From: Lachnospiraceae bacterium | GTDB lineage: Bacteria; Bacillota; Clostridia; Lachnospirales; Lachnospiraceae | Assembly: GCA_017615545.1 (NCBI GenBank) | Contig: JAFZZY010000065.1 | Span: forward strand, 4,759 to 68,758 | Direction of reading: 5' to 3' | DNA length: 64,000 nt | Shown here: positions 37,850 to 47,924 of the stretch, piece by piece | How the letters are laid out: every line of letters starts with the position of its first letter | How positions within the stretch are numbered: the stretch's first letter is position 1 | Notes under the pieces: model-generated | Told to the model about the DNA's origin: nothing | The model's input: the letters and a program-made list of their open reading frames with translations, nothing else | Databases searched by the model: none | Position numbers and translations under genes: made by a program

Positions 37850-39049
37850 ATGAACCGAAATCTGCTCATATACATATTGGTATTGCTGGGTATTTACGGA
37901 ATAGCAATCTCATATCTGCAGGACGAACCGATCTATCTTTTATCGGTTCTGGTTTTTGTGCCCGTAATATCCTTCGCAGTTTCGCTCATCTTTTCTTTTT
38001 TCGTGAAAGTCGCTTTGATCCGGGGCAATTATTCGGCGTCCCTGCCGAATAAACCGACCACCTTTCAGATCCGTCTTCGAAACCGGTCGCCCTTCACCCT
38101 TACGAAAGTGGAGTGCATCCTGTATGCCTATTACCTGACGTCGGGCCGCTCCGAGAAGATCCGCGTCACGGCTACATTGACCGCGCGGGAGACGATGGAC
38201 ATCCGGGTGCCGGTCACGTTTAAGTACTGCGGTCTCGCGGAGGTCCGCATCAAAAAGGTCCGCGTGTATGACTGGTTGTGTCTGTTCCGCTGGAGCAGAA
38301 AGGTGAACCAGAAACAGTCGGTGGTCGTGCTTCCGGAGTACACCCTGATGCCGATCAAAAACCGAAATTCCATATGGCATGATATCGCGAATGCATCGCG
38401 GTTTCATTCAACACTGGTGGGCGAAGATCCTTCGGAGATCGTAAGTTTCCACTCGATGCAGCCGGGCGATAAGCTCCAGAGAGTGCATTGGAAGCTGTCC
38501 GCGAAGTCGGAAGATCTGATGGTAAAGGATTTCGGCATGCCGCTGTGCAGCCGCGTTTGCCTCTATGTGGATATGAATTATAGTACGCGAGAGGAGTATT
38601 CCGATCGCATGACGATGACGCTGTCTGTCGGCCTGTCGCTTTTGGAGGCGGAATGTCCGTTCACCCTGCTGTGGTTCCAGCATACCATGGAGATGCATCA
38701 GGTCACCGTCTACGAGATCGACGATCTGTACGAGGTGTTCGCAGAGTTTCTGAGATGCTCGGCGCCGATCCGGGAGTTGCCGCTGCCGATCGTTTTTGCC
38801 GAGGCGAAACTCGAAAACCGTATGCGTCAGTTCGTGGTCATCACAGGCGCACGCAACACTGGTTTGGAGCAGGATGAACTTTTGATGGCAAAACGATCCG
38901 TAACGGATGAACTCATCATCCTGTCCGCGGACAGCGAACTGAAATCCAACGAACCCGAACAGGAGATCATTGCCCGCGATATCCAATACCGGTTCGCCTC
39001 CGAAGACCTCATGAATCAGTTGTCAGGAGTGGAATTAATTGTGATGTGA
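37850..39049 (+). CDS. DUF58-domain protein (MoxR-operon partner)
   Basis: Two N-terminal TM helices and the DUF58 core GEDPSEIVSFHSMQPGDKLQRVHWKLSAKSEDLMVKDF. Confidence 0.8.
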   Translation: MNRNLLIYILVLLGIYGIAISYLQDEPIYLLSVLVFVPVISFAVSLIFSFFVKVALIRGNYSASLPNKPTTFQIRLRNRSPFTLTKVECILYAYYLTSGRSEKIRVTATLTARETMDIRVPVTFKYCGLAEVRIKKVRVYDWLCLFRWSRKVNQKQSVVVLPEYTLMPIKNRNSIWHDIANASRFHSTLVGEDPSEIVSFHSMQPGDKLQRVHWKLSAKSEDLMVKDFGMPLCSRVCLYVDMNYSTREEYSDRMTMTLSVGLSLLEAECPFTLLWFQHTMEMHQVTVYEIDDLYEVFAEFLRCSAPIRELPLPIVFAEAKLENRMRQFVVITGARNTGLEQDELLMAKRSVTDELIILSADSELKSNEPEQEIIARDIQYRFASEDLMNQLSGVELIVM

Positions 39050-39399
39050 ATGATACTAGGCTCGAAAAGTACCAGGTGAACAAGATCGAAGTTTATTTTT
39101 TCTTCATCGGTATCCCGCTGAAGAAAAAACCAAACTTCTCATGTTGCAGGTTTTGTGTTCAAAACCTGCAACGCGAACAAACATGAGCCATACCGGTTTC
39201 CGAAGGAAAGCGAGGAGTATGGCGAATGTTTGTAGGATTTCGAGAGCGTCGAAGACGCGGAGAAATCCGTAGTATCATGAATGACATAGACAAGGCTCGA
39301 AAAGTACCGCCTGGCATGCTCGCATGCCAAGGGCGGACCTTGAGAGCCGTAGTATCATGAAGAATAAAGGAAGGGGCGGAAGCCCCATAATAGGTAATC
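39050..39399. repeat. Repeat- and hairpin-rich 350-bp spacer between the DUF58 and transglutaminase genes
   Basis: Exact direct repeats: aggctcgaaaagtacc (39058 and 39293) and ccgtagtatcatgaa (39267 and 39347). Hairpins: ttgcaggttttg-tgtt-caaaacctgcaa (about 39142-39169), acaaacatgagccatac...gtatggcgaatgtttgt, ggatttc...gaaatcc, and ccgcctggcatgc..gcatgccaagggcgg. Confidence 0.8.
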
Positions 39400-42144
39400 A
39401 TGTTGTTCAGAAGCAAAAAGAGGAATGAGATCGATACTGCGTATAAGCCGATCGTACGTGACCGCCGAATTTCGGCCGTCGGTATGGTCGCTTATTTGGC
39501 TGTTATTTTTTCCGTTCTTCTGTTTGCCCAGTATATGCTCGTGTATCAGTTCAACGAGACGTTTTTGTTCCGGGTCGATGTGATGACGCTCATGCTCCCG
39601 ATCGTTTTGATCTCGATGCTCGTCATTCTGTTCTGGAGTTTTCGTTTTGTCCGGTATCCGGTCGTTTTGGTACTGGCTGCGATCTATATGTTTTGGATCA
39701 GTTACAAGATCACGGCGCACATGGAAGAGCCGAATGATGTAAGAACGTTACTGGACGTGTTGATCCGTTCATTTTCCGAGTATTACGGTTTTTCCTGGGA
39801 TGGCTTCGGAACCGGGTCGGATATCGCCCTCATCGGTATTTGGGGCTTTGGCGAAGGCCCGCTGAGCGTACTTTTGATCGTGCATTTGCCGTTTACGATG
39901 TTACTCGGTTACAGCATGATCCGGAAGTTCCGTTTTTCGTCCGTTTGCCTGGCTCTTTTGTTCCCGTGTTTCATCTTTTTGATGAACGGCTACATGCCGG
40001 ATCGTTTCTTTTTCGTCCGTCTGATCTTCCTATTTGCGGTCCTGGCCGTGCTCGGCACCCAGATGAAGATCGAAGAGAAGCAGCAGTTGGTGAAGCCGAA
40101 GGGCGAATTTGAGAATTCAGTCTTTTGTATCCGTCCGCCGAAGTCGGTCAATGCACTCTTCGGGATCGTTTTCGTAACGTTGATCGGAGCGATGACCTTT
40201 CCCCCGTTGTTCGAGGAAAAGGTCACGGAGACTGTAAAACCGGCGCAGGAGTTCATGTATTCCGGCGGACCCGAAAAACTGTTACGAGCCGTTCGCAACC
40301 ATCTGTTCGGAACGACCTCGGGCGGTATCAGTGGCGGTGATCTGGGGTCTACCGGCAGTATGCAGCCGGATAAAGATCACGTGCTGATGCGTGTTCAAAG
40401 AACGGAAGATTATTACTTCAGATATGCTTATCTCAAGTGTTACGTAGGTGAGGTATACACGGGAAGGCGTTGGACAGACCTGCCCGATGTGATCCGAAAT
40501 CAATATAAAGATCAACTCATCGAGGGCTTCCCGTACAGGGAGTATTACAGAGTCGGAGAGGTCGCATCAGTCCTGGAGCAGTTTGCCCGGTATAATATAG
40601 GCGATGAGAAACTGAAAAACAGCCTGGATTTTCTGCCGTGTACGATCTACATCGAGAATGTGGATTACAACGACGGATATGAGCCGATTCCTTATGTGGC
40701 AAAGCTGCCCGATTCCTATAACATGGCGCTTCGGCCGTATTCCAAATATCAGCCGAAGATCGGAAGCGTCGAAAGTTTTGAGCTGATGTATTATCAGCCG
40801 ACGTATCTGGTACGTTTATATGATGCCTACTGTCACGAACATGGATACATGGATGCAGTGACGGATTCACCGAAGAATCTGGCAGATCAGTTTTATAACA
40901 GTATCTATTCTTCGAGCGTGATCGGAGAACTGTGGTCGGGTGGCACCACGGAATACACGGTTGCCGTTTCGGACCAGTCGAATGGCCGTTTGATCCCGGA
41001 GTTGCTCTTCCGGTACTATGGAAAGGATAATCTGGAAGACGAGGATGCGGTCTATGACCACATTTTGGATGAATACCTGAGCGTTCCGGACAGCGTACAA
41101 AAGCTTCGTGAGTACATGAAGGATGTCCGCGTGGATGGCGTAGAGGATGCGATCATTTATGTGCGGGATACGTTGGATGAACTGGCAGATTATTCATTGA
41201 CCCCCGGAAAGATCCGCGGGGATACCGATTTTGTGGATGCCTTCCTGTTTGAGAAACATGCGGGATATTGTATGCATTTTGCCACCGCCGGAACGATAAT
41301 GTTCCGACTGTTGGGCATTCCGGCGCGGTACGTGGAAGGTTTCTATCTGGCGCCTTCGAATACCGATGCGCAGGATATCACCGAGGAAAATGCGCACGCA
41401 TGGACCGAGATCTATCTTCGCAACCTCGGATGGATACCGATCGAGGTAACTCCCGGTTTCGGAAGATCGGACGAATGGAAGAAACCGAGTTATCAGAATA
41501 ACCACCCGAATACGACCAAACCTTCGACGGAAGCGTCCACGAGCGTGGTGCCTTCAACTGCTGATTCGACCGGAACGCAGTCGACGTCGGCAGTGGTCGA
41601 TCCCACGCAGGTTGGGGTGACAGTGGTTCCGGGGCTTCCCGGAGGTACTCTTCCCGGAGTGAAATCAACATCCGCGGCATCGGAAGAGAACGGAAATGGT
41701 AAGCCCATCTGGCCGATCTTACTTTCGATCATGAAAGTCGTCGGGATCATCCTGGGGATCGCTTTGGCGATCTATCTGGTGATCATTCTCCGCAGAAGCC
41801 TTTTGGTAACGCGTCGTCACCGCGGCTTCGCACAGAAGGACGCGGTAAGGAGCATCTCAGCGCTTTATCATGATATGAAAAAACTGGCAGCGATCGAACA
41901 GCGGAAGTTCACCTACGAGACCGATGCGGCTGAGATCGTGAACTGGTTTGATGATCTGGCGGAAGATGAGGAGCTCTTTACGGAAGCGATCGAAAAGATC
42001 AATCTCTGCTTCTTCGGAAACAGGGAACTCACATCCGATGAACGCAAGACCGTGCGCATGGCGCGTAATAAACTCGCGCGGGCTGTCGAGAAACGGCAGA
42101 CCGGCAGAAAGAAGTTGCGTTACCGCTTGTGGTACGGATATTAA
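39400..42144 (+). CDS. Transglutaminase-like multi-pass membrane protein
   Basis: N-terminal polytopic region. The transglutaminase core is GYCMHFATAGTIMFRLLGIPARYVEGF (Cys) ... AHAWTEIY (His). A late TM helix and a cytoplasmic tail follow. Confidence 0.85.
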   Translation: MLFRSKKRNEIDTAYKPIVRDRRISAVGMVAYLAVIFSVLLFAQYMLVYQFNETFLFRVDVMTLMLPIVLISMLVILFWSFRFVRYPVVLVLAAIYMFWISYKITAHMEEPNDVRTLLDVLIRSFSEYYGFSWDGFGTGSDIALIGIWGFGEGPLSVLLIVHLPFTMLLGYSMIRKFRFSSVCLALLFPCFIFLMNGYMPDRFFFVRLIFLFAVLAVLGTQMKIEEKQQLVKPKGEFENSVFCIRPPKSVNALFGIVFVTLIGAMTFPPLFEEKVTETVKPAQEFMYSGGPEKLLRAVRNHLFGTTSGGISGGDLGSTGSMQPDKDHVLMRVQRTEDYYFRYAYLKCYVGEVYTGRRWTDLPDVIRNQYKDQLIEGFPYREYYRVGEVASVLEQFARYNIGDEKLKNSLDFLPCTIYIENVDYNDGYEPIPYVAKLPDSYNMALRPYSKYQPKIGSVESFELMYYQPTYLVRLYDAYCHEHGYMDAVTDSPKNLADQFYNSIYSSSVIGELWSGGTTEYTVAVSDQSNGRLIPELLFRYYGKDNLEDEDAVYDHILDEYLSVPDSVQKLREYMKDVRVDGVEDAIIYVRDTLDELADYSLTPGKIRGDTDFVDAFLFEKHAGYCMHFATAGTIMFRLLGIPARYVEGFYLAPSNTDAQDITEENAHAWTEIYLRNLGWIPIEVTPGFGRSDEWKKPSYQNNHPNTTKPSTEASTSVVPSTADSTGTQSTSAVVDPTQVGVTVVPGLPGGTLPGVKSTSAASEENGNGKPIWPILLSIMKVVGIILGIALAIYLVIILRRSLLVTRRHRGFAQKDAVRSISALYHDMKKLAAIEQRKFTYETDAAEIVNWFDDLAEDEELFTEAIEKINLCFFGNRELTSDERKTVRMARNKLARAVEKRQTGRKKLRYRLWYGY

Positions 42145-42168
42145 GCCGTGATGGCTTTGGAGGAAAAA

Positions 42169-43251
42169 ATGCAGGTTAAAGATTTTGATTATGAGCTGCC
42201 CCAGGAGTTGATCGCCCAGGATCCGATCGAGAACCGTTCGGAGTCCCGGCTGATGTTGCTCGATAAGACCACGGGACAGATCAAGCACAAGCATTTTTAT
42301 GATATCATCGACTATCTGGAGCCGGGCGACTGCCTGGTCCTGAATAATACGAAGGTCATCCCGGCGCGTCTGATCGGCAGCCGGGAGGGCACTGGCGGCA
42401 AGGTAGAGGTGCTTCTGCTGAAGCGCCTGGAAAATGACTGCTGGGAGTGCCTCGTGAAGCCCGGAAAGAAAGCGCGTCCGGGCGCCGTGATCGAGTTTGG
42501 CGACGGCCTTTTGAAGGCGGAAGTCGTCGACATGATGGAGGAGGGCAACCGCAAGATCCGTTTCATCTACGAAGGTATCTTCGAGGAGATCCTGGATCAG
42601 CTGGGACAGATGCCGCTCCCGCCGTACATTACCCACGAACTCAAGGATAAGAACCGTTACCAGACGGTTTATGCGAAATACGACGGCTCGGCGGCAGCAC
42701 CGACGGCCGGCCTTCATTTCACGAAGGAACTGTTGAAGAAGATCGAAGAGAAGGGGATCTCCATCGCTTACGTGACCCTTCATGTCGGACTGGGAACCTT
42801 CCGTCCGGTTAAGGTAACGGAGATCACCGATCATCATATGCACTCGGAGTTCTTCATGCTGGACGAAGAGGCGGCAGAGAAGATCAATCGTGCGAAAGAG
42901 AACGGTCACCGCGTCATCTGCGTCGGCACGACCAGCTGTCGCACCATCGAGTCGGCCGCGGCTCAGCTCGGTTCTTCCGTTCTGAAGCCGGTCAGCGGAT
43001 GGACGGATATCTTCATCTATCCGGGCTACACCTTCCGCGTGCTCGATGGTCTGATCACGAACTTTCATTTGCCGCAATCGACCCTGCTCATGCTGGTGTC
43101 CGCCCTGGCGACGCGCGAGCACGTGCTGGCAGCGTATGCGGAAGCGATCCGTGAGCGTTACCGTTTCTTCAGTTTCGGTGACGCGATGTTCATAGCAGAC
43201 GGACTGGGATCCGACGGAGGTGAGACGCGTGGAACTGACTCGAATCAATAA
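42169..43251 (+). CDS. queA: S-adenosylmethionine:tRNA ribosyltransferase-isomerase
   Basis: [14 protein letters not shown] start and the [24 protein letters not shown] and FFSFGDAM motifs. ATG at 42169 follows GGAGG. Confidence 0.92.
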   Translation: MQVKDFDYELPQELIAQDPIENRSESRLMLLDKTTGQIKHKHFYDIIDYLEPGDCLVLNNTKVIPARLIGSREGTGGKVEVLLLKRLENDCWECLVKPGKKARPGAVIEFGDGLLKAEVVDMMEEGNRKIRFIYEGIFEEILDQLGQMPLPPYITHELKDKNRYQTVYAKYDGSAAAPTAGLHFTKELLKKIEEKGISIAYVTLHVGLGTFRPVKVTEITDHHMHSEFFMLDEEAAEKINRAKENGHRVICVGTTSCRTIESAAAQLGSSVLKPVSGWTDIFIYPGYTFRVLDGLITNFHLPQSTLLMLVSALATREHVLAAYAEAIRERYRFFSFGDAMFIADGLGSDGGETRGTDSNQ

Positions 43252-43942
43252 ATACTTAAGCGCCGTCGGCGTTTGCTCGCGCCGGGAGGCCGACCGCCTG
43301 ATCGAAGAGGGGCGGATCACCGTGAACGGACAGCCCGCGACGACCGGCATGCAGGTGTCGGACCGCGACAACATCGTGGTCAACGGCAAACCGCTTACGA
43401 AGAAAAAGAGTAATGTCAAACCGATCCTGCTCATGTTTTACAAACCGCGCGGCATCGTCTGCACGGCGGAAAAACGCGAGAAGGACAATGTCATCGATTA
43501 TATCAAATATCCGCAGCGCATTTACCCGATCGGACGCCTGGATAAGACCAGCGAAGGTCTGCTCCTGTTGACGAACCAGGGCGACCTCGCGAACGAGATC
43601 ATGCGCGCGGCCAATGAACACGAAAAGGAATACGTTGTGACCATCGATGCTCCCGTGACCGAAGACTTCCTGAAGAAGATGCAGGCGGGCGTGGACTTAG
43701 GCGATGTCGTCACACGTCCGTGCACCGCGTTCCAAAGCGGAGAGTGCACATTTCACATGATCCTGACGCAGGGCATTAACCGCCAGATCCGTCGCATGTG
43801 CGAGTGCGAAGGCTACCATGTGCGTCGACTGAAACGCATCCGCATCATGAACCTGGAACTCGGAAAGCTTCGCGTCGGCGAAGTCCGGGAAGTGCCGGAC
43901 AATGCAGCCGCGCAGTTATATCGTATGCTCAAGAAACGCTGA
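43220..43942 (+). CDS. rRNA pseudouridine synthase (RsuA/RluB family) with an S4 domain
   Basis: [30 protein letters not shown] (S4) and [15 protein letters not shown] (catalytic Asp). Putative GTG start overlapping the queA 3' end. Confidence 0.85.
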   Translation: MRRVELTRINKYLSAVGVCSRREADRLIEEGRITVNGQPATTGMQVSDRDNIVVNGKPLTKKKSNVKPILLMFYKPRGIVCTAEKREKDNVIDYIKYPQRIYPIGRLDKTSEGLLLLTNQGDLANEIMRAANEHEKEYVVTIDAPVTEDFLKKMQAGVDLGDVVTRPCTAFQSGECTFHMILTQGINRQIRRMCECEGYHVRRLKRIRIMNLELGKLRVGEVREVPDNAAAQLYRMLKKR

Positions 43943-43973
43943 TCCGGCTACAGACCGGAGGAGAGGGGGCTCT

Positions 43974-45959
43974 ATGGACGATATCAAACGAATGGATGAA
44001 CTCATCCGCATCTTGAATGAAGCATCGTACGCATACTACCAGACCGGCACGGAGATCATGCCGAACCACGAGTATGACGCCTTATACGACGAACTCCTGG
44101 CGCTGGAGGAGAAGACCGGAATGGTCCGTGCCGACAGCCCGACTGTGAAGGTCGGCTACGAGGTCATGAGCGAACTTCCGAAGGAGCGTCACCCCGCGCC
44201 GATGCTGTCCCTCGATAAGACGAAGGACGTGGACGCGCTCGCCGGTTTTCTGGCCGGCCATGAGGGCGTGCTTTCTTGGAAGATGGATGGCCTGACGGTC
44301 GTCTTGACCTACGAGAACCACGAGCTTTTGAAGGCCGTGACCCGCGGCAACGGCGAAGTCGGCGAGGTCATCACGCCGAATGCGAAAACCTTCCTCAATG
44401 TACCGAAAAAAATCCCGTTTTCGGGCCGTCTCATCTTGCGCGGAGAGGCGGTTATACGCTATGATGATTTTGACGTGGTCAATGCTTCCCTCCCCGAGGG
44501 GGAAGAGAAATACAAAAACCCGCGTAACCTCTGCTCCGGATCGGTCCGTCAGCTGAACAGCGCGGTCACGGCGGCCCGCCGTGTTCGCTTCTATGCCTTC
44601 GCGCTGATCTCGGCCGAAGAGGACGGAAGCGAGAAAGAGTTTACGTTGGTGACCGACCAGTTCGACTGGCTGGCGAAGCAGGGCTTTGACGTGGTCGAGC
44701 ATTATAAAGTCACCTCAGATTCCGTTCCGGACCAGGTGAAATATTTTGCCGGCGCGATCAAAGAGAACCCCGTACCGTCCGACGGTCTGGTACTCACCTT
44801 GAACGACATCGCATATGGTCGTTCACTGGGCAGAACCGCGAAATTTCCCCGTAACGCCATCGCGTTCAAATGGGCGGATGAGACGGCGGAGACGACGCTT
44901 CGAGAGATCTTCTGGAGTCCTTCGCGCACCGGCCGCATCAATCCGGTCGCGGTGTTCGATCCGGTGGAACTCGAGGGTACGACCGTCACCCGCGCCAGCG
45001 TACACAACGTGTCGATCGTGGAGCAGCTGAAGCTCGGGATCGGAGATACGATCCGGGTCTACAAGGCTAACATGATCATTCCCCAGATCGCGGAGAATCT
45101 GACCGGCAGCGGTAAGGCTCCGATCCCGGATACCTGTCCGATCTGTGGAGCGAAAACGCAGATCCGCGAGGAGAACAGTGCGCGCGAATTGTATTGCCCG
45201 TCGGCGGAATGTCCGATCAAACATTTGAAGGCATTTGCCCTGTTTGTAAGCAGGGATGCGCTGAATGTGGACGGTCTGTCGGAGGCAACGCTCGAGAAAC
45301 TGATCGGATGCGGCGCCCTGCATACGCCGGACGATCTGTTCCATTTAAAAGATACGCAAAAAGAGCGCGTGATCGCGTTGGAGGGTATCGGCGAGAAGTC
45401 GTTCGACAACCTGACCGCGGCGATCGAGGCGGCGCGTGAGACGACGCCGGCCGCGCTTTTATACGGGCTCGGCATCGCAGGCATCGGCCCTGCGAACGCG
45501 AAGGTTTTGTGCCGCGCGTTCGGACAGGATCTGCTCGCGATCGCGGATGCAAAGGAAGAGGATCTGGCTGCCGTTTCCGGCATCGGTCCGGTCCTAGCGG
45601 CATCCGTCCGTGCCTATATGAGTGACGAGGAAAACCTCGCCCTGCTGAAGCGACTGTTAGCCGAAGTGCATTTCCCGCAGGTGGAAGAAAACGCGGGAGA
45701 GCAGACGCAGGTCAGCGGAAAGACTTTTGTCATCACCGGTTCCCTCAACTCGTTTGAGAACCGCAAACAGTTGGTCGATTACATCGAGTCTCTCGGCGGA
45801 AAGGTTTCAGGAAGCGTTTCCGCGAATACCGACTATCTGATCAACAACGATACAACATCCTCTTCTTCGAAGAATAAGAAGGCGGCCCAGCTGGGCGTGC
45901 CCGTGATCAGTGAAGAAGAGTTTCTCGCGCTCGCCAAGACGGGCGCCGGTCCCGCCTGA
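43974..45959 (+). CDS. ligA: NAD-dependent DNA ligase
   Basis: KMDG adenylation lysine motif (SWKMDGL), the Zn-finger CPICG...CPSAECP, HhH repeats and a C-terminal BRCT (GKTFVITGSL). Confidence 0.95.
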   Translation: MDDIKRMDELIRILNEASYAYYQTGTEIMPNHEYDALYDELLALEEKTGMVRADSPTVKVGYEVMSELPKERHPAPMLSLDKTKDVDALAGFLAGHEGVLSWKMDGLTVVLTYENHELLKAVTRGNGEVGEVITPNAKTFLNVPKKIPFSGRLILRGEAVIRYDDFDVVNASLPEGEEKYKNPRNLCSGSVRQLNSAVTAARRVRFYAFALISAEEDGSEKEFTLVTDQFDWLAKQGFDVVEHYKVTSDSVPDQVKYFAGAIKENPVPSDGLVLTLNDIAYGRSLGRTAKFPRNAIAFKWADETAETTLREIFWSPSRTGRINPVAVFDPVELEGTTVTRASVHNVSIVEQLKLGIGDTIRVYKANMIIPQIAENLTGSGKAPIPDTCPICGAKTQIREENSARELYCPSAECPIKHLKAFALFVSRDALNVDGLSEATLEKLIGCGALHTPDDLFHLKDTQKERVIALEGIGEKSFDNLTAAIEAARETTPAALLYGLGIAGIGPANAKVLCRAFGQDLLAIADAKEEDLAAVSGIGPVLAASVRAYMSDEENLALLKRLLAEVHFPQVEENAGEQTQVSGKTFVITGSLNSFENRKQLVDYIESLGGKVSGSVSANTDYLINNDTTSSSSKNKKAAQLGVPVISEEEFLALAKTGAGPA

Positions 45960-45980
45960 AACGGGAGTTAGGAGATTGCC

Positions 45981-46910
45981 ATGCCGATCAAAGTGCAAAA
46001 TGACCTTCCGGCCAGAGAAGTATTGGATTCCGAGAATATCTTTACCATGGATGAAACGCGTGCATCCAGCCAGGACATCCGTCCCCTGGAGATCGCGATC
46101 CTGAATCTGATGCCCTTGAAGGAGGACTACGAGACGCAGCTTCTGCGCGCGCTGTCGAACACGCCGCTGCAGCTGGAACTGACCTTCCTCCGTATGGCTA
46201 CGCATGAGTCGAAAAACACATCCATCATGCATTTGAATAAGTTCTATAAGACCTTTGATGAGGTGAGAAACCGCTATTTCGACGGCATGATCATCACCGG
46301 AGCGCCTCTGGAGACCATCGAGTTCGAGGATGTCAATTATTGGCCGGAGCTGACGCGGATCATGGACTGGTCGAAGCGTCACGTGACCTCGACGATGCAC
46401 ATCTGCTGGGGAGCATTGGCCGGACTGTATTATCACTTCGGACTGCATAAGGTACCGGTCGAGGTCGGAAAATATTCCGGCATCTACCTGCACCGCGTTC
46501 TGGACCGCAGAAGCCCGATCGTCCGCAGCTTCGATGACGTGTTCTATGCGCCGCATTCCCGCTACAGCACCGTGACCATGGAAGAAATCGAGAAGACGGA
46601 AAATCTCGACCTGCTCGCAGTCAGCGACGAGGCGGGTCCGTACCTCTTAAAGAGCCGCGATGGCAAGCAGATCTTCATCCTGGGTCATCCGGAATATGAC
46701 CGCCTGTCCCTCGACATGGAGTATAAGCGCGACGTCAATAAGGGCCTGAACATCGCGCCGCCGCAGAACTACTATGCGGATGACAACAGTGAGATCACGC
46801 CCATCCTGACCTGGCGCTGCCACGCGAACACGCTCTACAGCAACTGGCTGAACTACTATGTATACCAGGTTACTCCATATCATCTGGATGAAATGGAGGA
46901 CAAGGCATGA
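45981..46910 (+). CDS. metA: Homoserine O-acyltransferase (MetA type)
   Basis: MPIKVQNDLPA...IAILNLMP, HICWGA (active Cys) and GHPEYD motifs. Confidence 0.92.
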   Translation: MPIKVQNDLPAREVLDSENIFTMDETRASSQDIRPLEIAILNLMPLKEDYETQLLRALSNTPLQLELTFLRMATHESKNTSIMHLNKFYKTFDEVRNRYFDGMIITGAPLETIEFEDVNYWPELTRIMDWSKRHVTSTMHICWGALAGLYYHFGLHKVPVEVGKYSGIYLHRVLDRRSPIVRSFDDVFYAPHSRYSTVTMEEIEKTENLDLLAVSDEAGPYLLKSRDGKQIFILGHPEYDRLSLDMEYKRDVNKGLNIAPPQNYYADDNSEITPILTWRCHANTLYSNWLNYYVYQVTPYHLDEMEDKA

Positions 46911-47794
46911 AAAAGCTTTTACTTCTGTATAACCCGACTTCCGGCAAAGGCGCCATGAAGAGCCGCCTTTCGGATGTTGTCAATCTCTATACCGGCGCCG
47001 GCTTTATCTGCACGGTGATCGCGTCCCAGTATGCGGGGCACATCACGAAAGCGATCGAGCGCCTGGCGACGGATTTTGACCGGCTCATCGTCAGCGGCGG
47101 CGACGGCACGCTGAACGAAGCGGTCACGGCCCTGCTTGAGATCCCGCAGGAGAAGCGGCCGAAATTCGGATACATCCCGTCCGGGTCGACGAACGACTAC
47201 GCGCGCACCCTGCATTTGCCGAAGTCGCTCCTCGGAGCGGCATCGCGCACGAAGGAAGACCGCGAACTCGTGGTCGATGTGGGACGCCTGAATGATAAGC
47301 CTTTCATCTACGTGGCATGCTTTGGAGCATTTACCGAGGTCACCTATTCGACGCCGCAGGAGATGAAGAACACCATCGGTCATTCGGCCTACATCATTGA
47401 GGCGATCAAAAGCCTGCCCGGCATCAAGCCGAAGCGCCTGAAGGTGCGTCTGTCCGACGGCACGGAAGTGTCCGGAGAGTTTCTGTTCGGCATGATCTCC
47501 AACGCTTCGAGCGTTGCGGGCTTTAAGGATCTGGCCGGCAAACATGTCGTCCTGAACGACGGTAAGTTCGAGATGACTTTGATCCGCAAACCGAAGAGTC
47601 CCGTGGAGTACAACGAGATCGTCTGGGCCATGCTTTCGAAGAACGAATCGGACAATGTTATCCGGGCGAAAGTATCTTCGGTCTCCATTTTGTCCGACCA
47701 GCCGGTCGACTGGGTCGTGGACGGAGAGTACGCGGGAAGCCTGACGCGCGCGGATATTACGGTAGAGCACAGGGCTTTGCATATTTTAGTCTGA
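46907..47794 (+). CDS. Diacylglycerol/lipid kinase family protein (YegS/DagK-like)
   Basis: SGGDGTLNEAV motif. ATGA overlap with metA. Confidence 0.85.
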   Translation: MKKLLLLYNPTSGKGAMKSRLSDVVNLYTGAGFICTVIASQYAGHITKAIERLATDFDRLIVSGGDGTLNEAVTALLEIPQEKRPKFGYIPSGSTNDYARTLHLPKSLLGAASRTKEDRELVVDVGRLNDKPFIYVACFGAFTEVTYSTPQEMKNTIGHSAYIIEAIKSLPGIKPKRLKVRLSDGTEVSGEFLFGMISNASSVAGFKDLAGKHVVLNDGKFEMTLIRKPKSPVEYNEIVWAMLSKNESDNVIRAKVSSVSILSDQPVDWVVDGEYAGSLTRADITVEHRALHILV

Positions 47795-47811
47795 ACTTTT
47801 TGTGTAAATCC

Positions 47812-47840
47812 TTGACTTTTAAAATACCGCTTGCTATAAT
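47812..47840 (+). promoter_or_regulatory. Sigma-A promoter for rpoD
   Basis: TTGACT (47812-47817), 17 nt, TGcTATAAT (47832-47840). Confidence 0.7.
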
Positions 47841-47924
47841 AACTTAATCTGTGAAAGTGTTTCCTTTCGCTTTTTTGGCGTCTGCGAAAACCTTTCCGAA
47901 TATATCGAAGAGAGGATTTGTTTA

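Noticed and set aside
41857-43434. 525-aa minus-strand ORF spanning the transglutaminase 3' end, all of queA and the start of the pseudouridine synthase gene.
   Set aside because: It is antisense to three well-supported genes with clear motifs. Its composition is Arg/Leu/Asp-heavy and typical of a shadow frame, and it has no RBS or recognisable motif.
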